Shown in pieces: positions 57,885-64,000 of a stretch of 64,000 nt of DNA (position 1 is its first letter; the number at the start of each line of letters is the position of its first letter). Both the position numbers and the translations under genes were made by a program. Under the pieces are notes generated by a model that saw only the letters and a list, made by a program, of their open reading frames with translations, was not told the DNA's origin and did not search any database. This DNA comes from a virus. Its lineage: Duplodnaviria > Caudoviricetes. The DNA lies in the IMG/VR virus record IMGVR_UViG_2693430034_000001, positions 63,633-127,632 of that record; one strand, given 5' to 3'.

Positions 57885-58303
57885 CCTTTTTTGAGCCCAG
57901 GGCGGGATCGGTTGCCGCGACTGCTAATGACATTTGCACGATAATGCAAGCGCAACCCAGCCCCCGTAAAAACACGGACTCTGGCACAAGTTGCGGGTGT
58001 TACACTTAAAATTAGGCCGAATATACAAACTTAGGTTGAACGCCGCACCCCGAAATCTCTTCTTGCATTCTCGCTATATTTGCTCTAATGCAAATGCTGA
58101 ATGCAAACGGAGGCCTGTTTGTTCCCGCCCATCGACACCCGCAATAAGCCCATGATTTCAACATGTTTCCGCCCTCGTTCGATGACCGAACGCGGCGGCC
58201 ATACTGACCTTGTTTTCGCTACTCGGTTCGTTCCCAGAGTGGACTGCCTGCAACCGCAGGCTAAGCCGCAGACCATCGCCCTGACGCGAAAGGGTGCGAC
58301 ACA

Positions 58304-58570
58304 ATGAAGCGGCGGTATAAAAAATCCTGGACCCACTTCTTCCAGGCGATCAAGGGCGGCCGAAAGTTGCACGACGTCCGCGAAGACGACGGCTATCAAA
58401 TCGGCGACATCCTAGTCTTGCAGGAGTTCGACAACATCAACGGGCGCTATACGGGCGCCGAGATCGAGGTCGAGGTCACCTACATCACCAACCGCACCGT
58501 GCCGTGCGCGTTCTCCAGCGCCGTGCTGTCGCCCGGTCACTGCATCCTGAGCCTGAAGGTGTTGGCATGA
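58304..58570 (+). CDS. DUF3850/ASCH-like protein
   Basis: FF.AI..G.K...R.D..YQ.GD.L.L.E...YTG motif. Confidence 0.75.
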   Translation: MKRRYKKSWTHFFQAIKGGRKLHDVREDDGYQIGDILVLQEFDNINGRYTGAEIEVEVTYITNRTVPCAFSSAVLSPGHCILSLKVLA

Positions 58571-59121
58571 TGTTAGGTTGTTGCTCCGCTGTGAACCCAT
58601 GCTCGCACCAGCAGCGCGATCCCAACTCGCTCTGCGACATCTGCTGCCAGGCTAGCGGTATCGTCATGCCGAAGACCGATCGTCGGAACCAGGACTGGTG
58701 GGACAACTACTTCCTCGATCTCGCGGAAGCGGTTGCCTATGCCTCGAAGGATCCAAGCACCAAGGTCGGCGCCGTCATCGTTCGTCCTGACCGAACGGTG
58801 GCCTCCATGGGCTACAACGGCTTCCCGCGAGGGATCAAGGATAGCGACGAGCGCCTCAATGACCGTCCGACCAAATACTCCATGGTCGTTCACGCCGAGC
58901 CCAACGCCATCCTCTCGGCTCGTGAGCCGGTCCGTGGCTACTCGATCTACACCACGCTGTTCACCTGCGCTGACTGCGCCAAGCTGATCATCCAGGCCGG
59001 CATCAAGAAGGTGGTCTCGCCGACCTACGACATAGAGCGCTGGGAGAAGTCGCTGACGCTGTCGAAGCAGCTGTTCACCGAGGCAGGGGTCGAGTTCAAG
59101 CTGATCGATAGGGCGATCTGA
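58567..59121 (+). CDS. dCMP deaminase
   Basis: SKDPSTKVGA, GYNGFPRG, HAEPNAI and CADC motifs. Confidence 0.92.
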   Translation: MMLGCCSAVNPCSHQQRDPNSLCDICCQASGIVMPKTDRRNQDWWDNYFLDLAEAVAYASKDPSTKVGAVIVRPDRTVASMGYNGFPRGIKDSDERLNDRPTKYSMVVHAEPNAILSAREPVRGYSIYTTLFTCADCAKLIIQAGIKKVVSPTYDIERWEKSLTLSKQLFTEAGVEFKLIDRAI

Positions 59122-59426
59122 TGCGCCTGGAAGAATGGCCCCTGCCCTACGTGCGCGTGAAGTGCGCTCAGTGCGAGCGCGAAGGACGCCTCAGCAAGGA
59201 CGGATTGCTCGAACGCTTCGGCGGTGAGCGAGAGATGTTCGTGGTCCGCGCCAAACTGACCGAGGCGAGCTGCAAGCGTGAGAACAAGAAGTCGCCCTGC
59301 ATGTCCATCCTACCAGACGCACTGCTCGTGCAGGCGATCCGGGCTGAACGCAAGGAAGACATCCTCAGCGTCGAGATAATGCAAGAGGCGGCAAATTGGA
59401 ACCCGAAGTGGTTGGAGGAAAAGTGA
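59121..59426 (+). CDS. Cys-rich hypothetical protein
   Basis: CAQC.REGR...L.E.FG pattern. Confidence 0.65.
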   Translation: MRLEEWPLPYVRVKCAQCEREGRLSKDGLLERFGGEREMFVVRAKLTEASCKRENKKSPCMSILPDALLVQAIRAERKEDILSVEIMQEAANWNPKWLEEK

Positions 59427-60175
59427 TCGACCCGATCTTTGTCTCGACGGCATTTTACGAGGAAGCCAGACGACACGGCTTCGACATGACGCGCTTCGCG
59501 ACCAAGGCTCCGCTTGATGCGGAGGCAACGGAAGAGTCGTGTCCGGACGCTTGCTTGAATGCAAACGACTTCCTGCGACCGGCCTTCAACCTGCAGCCGC
59601 TCAAGCAGCGTCACTATGGTCTGGCGAAGCTCGATCCGCCGTGGGCCTTCAAGACCTATTCCGAAGCCGGCAAGGGCAAGTCGGCCGAGCAGCACTACGA
59701 CACCATGTCGCTTGAGGACATCTTCAATCTGAAGGTGGAAGACCTCGCGCATCCGGACGGCATGTGGGTTTGGCTCTATGCCACCGCTCCGATGTACGAC
59801 GCGGCTCGCGCCTGCTTCGACAAATGGAACGTCAAGTACGTCACCCAGGGTGTCTGGGTGAAGATGGTCAAGGACAATAGCAAGCCGACCTTCGGCACCG
59901 GCTACGTCCTTCGCAATTGCCACGAACCATTCCTCATCGGGAAGGTCGGCACGCCGCGCATCCACTCCCGCAACATCCGCTCCGCGATTCTGGAGCCGCG
60001 TCGCGAGCACTCACGCAAGCCAGAGCAAGGCTACGTCGATGCCGCGAAGATGGCTGGACCATACCCGAAGGCGGACATCTTCAGCCGCGAGGCGCGTCCC
60101 GGCTGGGACGGTTGGGGCAACGAAATCACCAAGTTCAACCACCCTGAAGCAGAGCCGGAGCTGGAGGTAGCATGA
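59423..60175 (+). CDS. MT-A70 family adenine methyltransferase
   Basis: DPPW, HYDTM, G.GY..R...E, REHSRKP and R..R.GWD.WGNE motifs. Confidence 0.9.
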   Translation: MIDPIFVSTAFYEEARRHGFDMTRFATKAPLDAEATEESCPDACLNANDFLRPAFNLQPLKQRHYGLAKLDPPWAFKTYSEAGKGKSAEQHYDTMSLEDIFNLKVEDLAHPDGMWVWLYATAPMYDAARACFDKWNVKYVTQGVWVKMVKDNSKPTFGTGYVLRNCHEPFLIGKVGTPRIHSRNIRSAILEPRREHSRKPEQGYVDAAKMAGPYPKADIFSREARPGWDGWGNEITKFNHPEAEPELEVA

Positions 60176-60450
60176 GCCAGAAGATCACGAACATCATCGT
60201 CATGTCCGCAGGACCGATCTCTTTCAGCGCCGTACGCATCGAGGTCGAGGAACACCAGCCGACGCTCAAATTCCGAATGACCTTTGGCGACAAGGTCGTC
60301 GCAGAGATGGGCGAGCAGGCCGCGCGCCTGTTCTCCCGACTCGTGGGACAGACCTTCACCGTCGAGAAGAACGACGAGTGGACGCGCCTGCCCACCTACG
60401 CCGCGGTCGACGCCGACCGCAAACGGATCGCAGCACGCAGCTCGGTCTGA
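60172..60450 (+). CDS. hypothetical protein
   Basis: ATGA-coupled ORF. Confidence 0.6.
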   Translation: MSQKITNIIVMSAGPISFSAVRIEVEEHQPTLKFRMTFGDKVVAEMGEQAARLFSRLVGQTFTVEKNDEWTRLPTYAAVDADRKRIAARSSV

Positions 60451-60474
60451 CCAAAACCAACCACGGAGAAGATC

Positions 60475-60964
60475 GTGAACAGACTCCTCACGGCGCTGAT
60501 TGGCGCCGCAATCCTCGCTGTCACCATGTCGACCGCCGATGCGCGTCCGCATCATCGCAGGCATCACCATCACCACCACGCTCGTGTTGTACAGGTTGAG
60601 CAGCAGCAATCGTTCTTTAGCGGTTTCGGCGGGCGGCGTCGTGGATCGCGCCCGTCAGTTCATCGGAGCCACTGCCAGTCAGGTCGGCGTCCGATCGACG
60701 CTCTGGTGCTCAGCCTTCTTGCGCAAGATCACGGGCGCGTCCGGCGTCGACGACACCGCCCTCTCCTGGGAGCGTCGCCAACACATCGCCCCGCAGGTCG
60801 GCGCTATCGTGACCATGGGTCGCCGTGGCGGCGGTCACGTCGGTGTGGTCTCTGGTTTCACTGCCAAGGGAGATCCGATCGTCATCAGCGGCAACAACGG
60901 TGGCCGCGTCCGTGAGGCTGTGCATTCCCGCAGCAGCATCCGCTCCTGGGTGTCCGCATCATGA
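60475..60964 (+). CDS. secreted CHAP/NlpC-like peptidoglycan hydrolase (frameshift near 60630)
   Basis: Signal peptide and His-rich linker in one frame. LWCSAF...GHVG...SGN catalytic motifs in another frame. Confidence 0.65.
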
Positions 60965-61158
60965 AGCGGGTAAAACGCATCCAGGCAAAGGACCCCTTCA
61001 CCGACGTCAAGGTAACGGTGGAGATCAAGTCCAAGAACGGCTGGCGCTCTCGCGACGAGATGGACCGTTTTTCTTCATCGGTTGCCAGCGGCATCATGCA
61101 TCAACTGTCCGCCAGCTCGCACCTGAAAATCACTCTCGATAAGATCAAGGTGGGCTGA
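60961..61158 (+). CDS. hypothetical protein
   Basis: ATGA-coupled ORF. Confidence 0.55.
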   Translation: MKRVKRIQAKDPFTDVKVTVEIKSKNGWRSRDEMDRFSSSVASGIMHQLSASSHLKITLDKIKVG

Positions 61159-61643
61159 TGGTAGCCTGCATCTCAGATAGCCTCTATTGCGAGGCGGCAG
61201 CATGCGAGAAGCACCTGCCCGACATCAAGGATACGTGGCGCCGAGCTGGCGCCGCGTTGAAGTCGCACGATCGGCGACCGACCCCATACGACATCGAGGT
61301 GTACTCCTTTCCGCAAGGATGGGGATCAACAGCGCTCGGCTTCGGCGGGATCGGCGGGCAGGCAATGACGTCAGCCCAGACCACGGTCGTGATGTGCTCA
61401 CCATCGGCGGCGGTCTACTTCGGACGGCGCCTAGCCTATGTCATCAAGACCGTAAACGGCAAGTTCATGGCTGATCTCGCCAGCCATGCGATGTCGGATG
61501 TCCGCCGGCCACTCGCAGTACGAGGCCATCTGATGGCGGACACACGGGAAGCACGACTGCGGATCGTGGCGAGTGGCAAGTGTCGCTCCGCCAGCCGCAA
61601 CTTCGGAGGCAGGCTCAAATACCTCCGTCAATCGGTGGGATGA
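61158..61643 (+). CDS. hypothetical protein (3' end probably affected by indel)
   Basis: FPQGWGSTALGFGGIGGQAMT motif. Confidence 0.6.
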   Translation: MVACISDSLYCEAAACEKHLPDIKDTWRRAGAALKSHDRRPTPYDIEVYSFPQGWGSTALGFGGIGGQAMTSAQTTVVMCSPSAAVYFGRRLAYVIKTVNGKFMADLASHAMSDVRRPLAVRGHLMADTREARLRIVASGKCRSASRNFGGRLKYLRQSVG

Positions 61644-61766
61644 TCTGCCAGCTCTCCGAGGAAGAAGAGGATTGCTACCACACCAGCAAGGAGGCTGTGG
61701 CAGCCGCAGAAGCATTCCGAGAGGAAGCTCGACAGAAACTTCAAGACGAATTTGGGAGGTGAATTG

Positions 61767-62139
61767 ATGCCTGTTGTTTTTCAAAACTGGATCACCCGCA
61801 ACGACCTGCTGGACAACCGGGACAAGATGTACGTCTTCGGTGACAACGTCCAACGGACCGGCTTTGCCGGCCAGGCCAAGGAGATGCGAGGAGAGCCGAA
61901 TGCGATCGGAGTCGTCACCAAGTGGGCGCCCAGCATGCAGCCCACAGCCTTCTTCCGACGACACTGCGGCCTGCAAAATGCTGGTGGAGCGTGATCTTCT
62001 CCTGGTGCAGCAGGCCCTGGATCGTGGCCGCACAGTGGTCGTCCCGGCTGACGGCATCGGAACAGGCCTTTCGCGCCTGCCGAAATACGCACCGAACCTA
62101 GATGCGTTCATCAAAGAGTGGCTCAGGAGCCGATTATGA
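61767..62139 (+). CDS. macrodomain-like phage protein (frameshift near 61955)
   Basis: YVFGDN..R.G..GQA...RGEPNAIG..TK in one frame and VVPADGIGTG in the next. Confidence 0.5.
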
Positions 62140-62174
62140 AACATTCGCGAGGTCGGGTTTTCATCGAAGATCAC

Positions 62175-62987
62175 CTAATGGATTTTGATTTCCACTTGGC
62201 TCCAGCGCCCAGAACCTTGATCCGCCGGGACATGCATCGCTATCTGCGCGACGGTGCGCTCTTGGAGGATCTCGGCTGGCAAGACCCAGATATGAAACAC
62301 AAATGCGTCGCCATACTTCACGGCAGTTTCCCACTCATTCCGCGTTAGAACCATGCGAGGGGGGTTCTGCGTGGAAGACTTCACTTCGATAAGGCGGCCA
62401 ATGGGCTCAACCGGTCCGGTGTCGTAAGAGCGGATATCATAGCCCGCACCGTTATCTTCAATTGCAACCCACTTTGGCTTTCTTGGAATCTGGAGAGCTT
62501 CGAGGCGAGCCGTTTCATAGGCGAGCGACAGCCGCTCTGCCTCGCGACCCTGCGCCAGGAGCCTGTCGTTTGCGGCGGCACGCGCGGTTTGTGCAAGATT
62601 GTCCCACCACAAAACAATCGCTTCGCTGGGGGGCTCTTCGAAAAGCCCTGCTGATCTGAGGCACTGCTCTTCGTCGCGCGTGAGCGCGGTCTTCACACGC
62701 TCCCTTCCGTAAGGGGTAAGCCGTACCCAAAGCGGATGCTGCCAACTGACGATGTTTGCGATCGCGTAACGTAGACCCTCTGCTGGATCTCCAAATGCGG
62801 AATCCACCGAAATCCTCTCGTGAAGCTCAATTCCTGTTTCGAAATCACACCCGGCATTATCCGCATCTATTGTTGGGATTGAACGTGCGACCGTTTGCGC
62901 ATCGAGCCCCGGGTAAGCAATGAGATATCGCCGTATCGCAAGAAGGGCGTTGAGAGCACTCATTGTGAAGTATTTTGTCGCCGACAT
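62175..62987 (-). CDS. DUF3883 (NO VEIN C-terminal, PD-(D/E)xK nuclease-like) protein
   Basis: G..AE.L...YE, GAGYDIRS, IEVKSS and LTRNEW motifs. Confidence 0.8.
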   Translation of the reverse strand: MSATKYFTMSALNALLAIRRYLIAYPGLDAQTVARSIPTIDADNAGCDFETGIELHERISVDSAFGDPAEGLRYAIANIVSWQHPLWVRLTPYGRERVKTALTRDEEQCLRSAGLFEEPPSEAIVLWWDNLAQTARAAANDRLLAQGREAERLSLAYETARLEALQIPRKPKWVAIEDNGAGYDIRSYDTGPVEPIGRLIEVKSSTQNPPRMVLTRNEWETAVKYGDAFVFHIWVLPAEILQERTVAQIAMHVPADQGSGRWSQVEIKIH

Positions 62988-62995
62988 TAACGCCC

Positions 62996-64000
62996 CTACT
63001 CAGCGTCTTCGTCGTTGTACACGGCGTTCCCCTCGAGTTGCTCGATGAGATCGACGATATCAGCCGGGTCAACATCGTAGTCGACTGGATCTCCCGCATT
63101 TTCCTCATCTAGCGCGATCTGGTGAAGATCGGGGTCGTCGAGAAGAACCTGCAAGGCTCGAAGCTTCTGTGACAACCGACGACTAACCGAATGATCGATA
63201 CTGCCCAAACCTTTTGGCGTCATCGTTTGAAAGATATGGATGTTAGTTTCCACTCCAGCTGGCAGGCCTAAGCGGTGAATGCGATCAAGCGATTGCAGGT
63301 AATGCGTAGAAACATAGCTGCGATCCAAATAAATCGCTTCGTGGCATACACGATGCAGGCTAATTCCCTCGCCAGCGGCGGCGGGGTTGGCGAGCATAAC
63401 TTGGCATAGGGGATCGCTGTGGAATCTGTGAAGACGCCCTTCACGAGTTGCGGGATCGGATGGCTCTCCACTCGGCACCGCTCCGTATAGCGAAACCGGA
63501 TTCAAGTCCGCTAACATGTTCTCCATTTGCTGAATTGTATCAGTGAAGATTGTCCAAATAACCGACTTCTTACCTTCCTTCGCCAATGAGCGTGCCATGT
63601 CTGCAACCGCTCGCATTTTCGTAGACGCGCCTCGGCGAGAACCTGATCAACAATTCCAGAATCCAGATTGATCACATCGTCCGTAATCGACCGGAGTGCT
63701 AGTACCGGATTGGAAGAAAGCTGAAGGAGGCGCATGACCGATTTTTTTTGCGCCTATAATATCTATGCGGGATTCGGTTCGAAGCGTGCTGAATTGGCGC
63801 AATGCCTCGTCTCGGACGATGCTGTAGAGAACCATCTGTCCTTTCGCCATGGGAATATGGACGAAACTTCGATTGGGCTTCGGAAGGCCCAACTCTTGTT
63901 TGGTAGTCCTGACGTAAAGTTGTCCCAGGACCTGACGCGGGGTAATCCCTGCCCGATTTGGAAACCGAGCCCCGCTCCCGGCCACAAGAAATCCAATTGA
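62996..64000 (-). CDS. SNF2-family helicase, C-terminal part (runs off window, frameshifts near 63620 and 63745)
   Basis: YVRTTK..L.LP, RLLQLSSNP, K.VIWT.F, ANPAAAGEGISL and QSLDRIHRLG motifs spread across three frames. Confidence 0.8.

Noticed and set aside
60475-64000. Multiple frameshifts (CHAP-like gene ~60630, ~61500-61560, ~61955, helicase ~63620 and ~63745) as programmed recoding or pseudogenes
   Set aside because: They are single-base indels, often in short homopolymers, clustered in otherwise intact genes. Sequencing or assembly error is the simpler explanation.

Overview
The window is about 64 kb of a large temperate phage genome, probably infecting Alphaproteobacteria (Rhizobiales-like; inferred from GC-rich codon use, host-like dnaQ/nrdJ/ssb and alpha-type ssrA-like motifs). 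I recognised no virion structural or terminase genes. Almost all genes are on the + strand. Layout: repeat-bounded cassettes (0.3-1.4 kb); a promoter and an ~850-nt densely base-paired non-coding region (1.77-2.62 kb); a long early/accessory region (tRNA-Glu, HD alarmone hydrolase, rIIA/rIIB, UvrD-like helicase); a minus-strand repressor plus RuvC island; a replication module (HTH initiator with iterons, split primase-helicase, SSB, DnaQ, YqaJ exonuclease); nucleotide metabolism (NrdJ, MazG-like, ThyX, dCMP deaminase); xis/int with an apparently intact attP; accessory genes; and a minus-strand SNF2 helicase plus DUF3883 module. The strongest novel signals are four: (1) the candidate large structured ncRNA, (2) a duplicated ~70-nt RNA motif with compensatory base changes, (3) genome-encoded ssrA-like ANDN...AA degrons on many proteins, and (4) about 20 transcription-oriented copies of TTGCTTGAATGCAAA. 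Several single-base frameshifts look like assembly errors. All family assignments come from motif recognition by eye, not from database searches.
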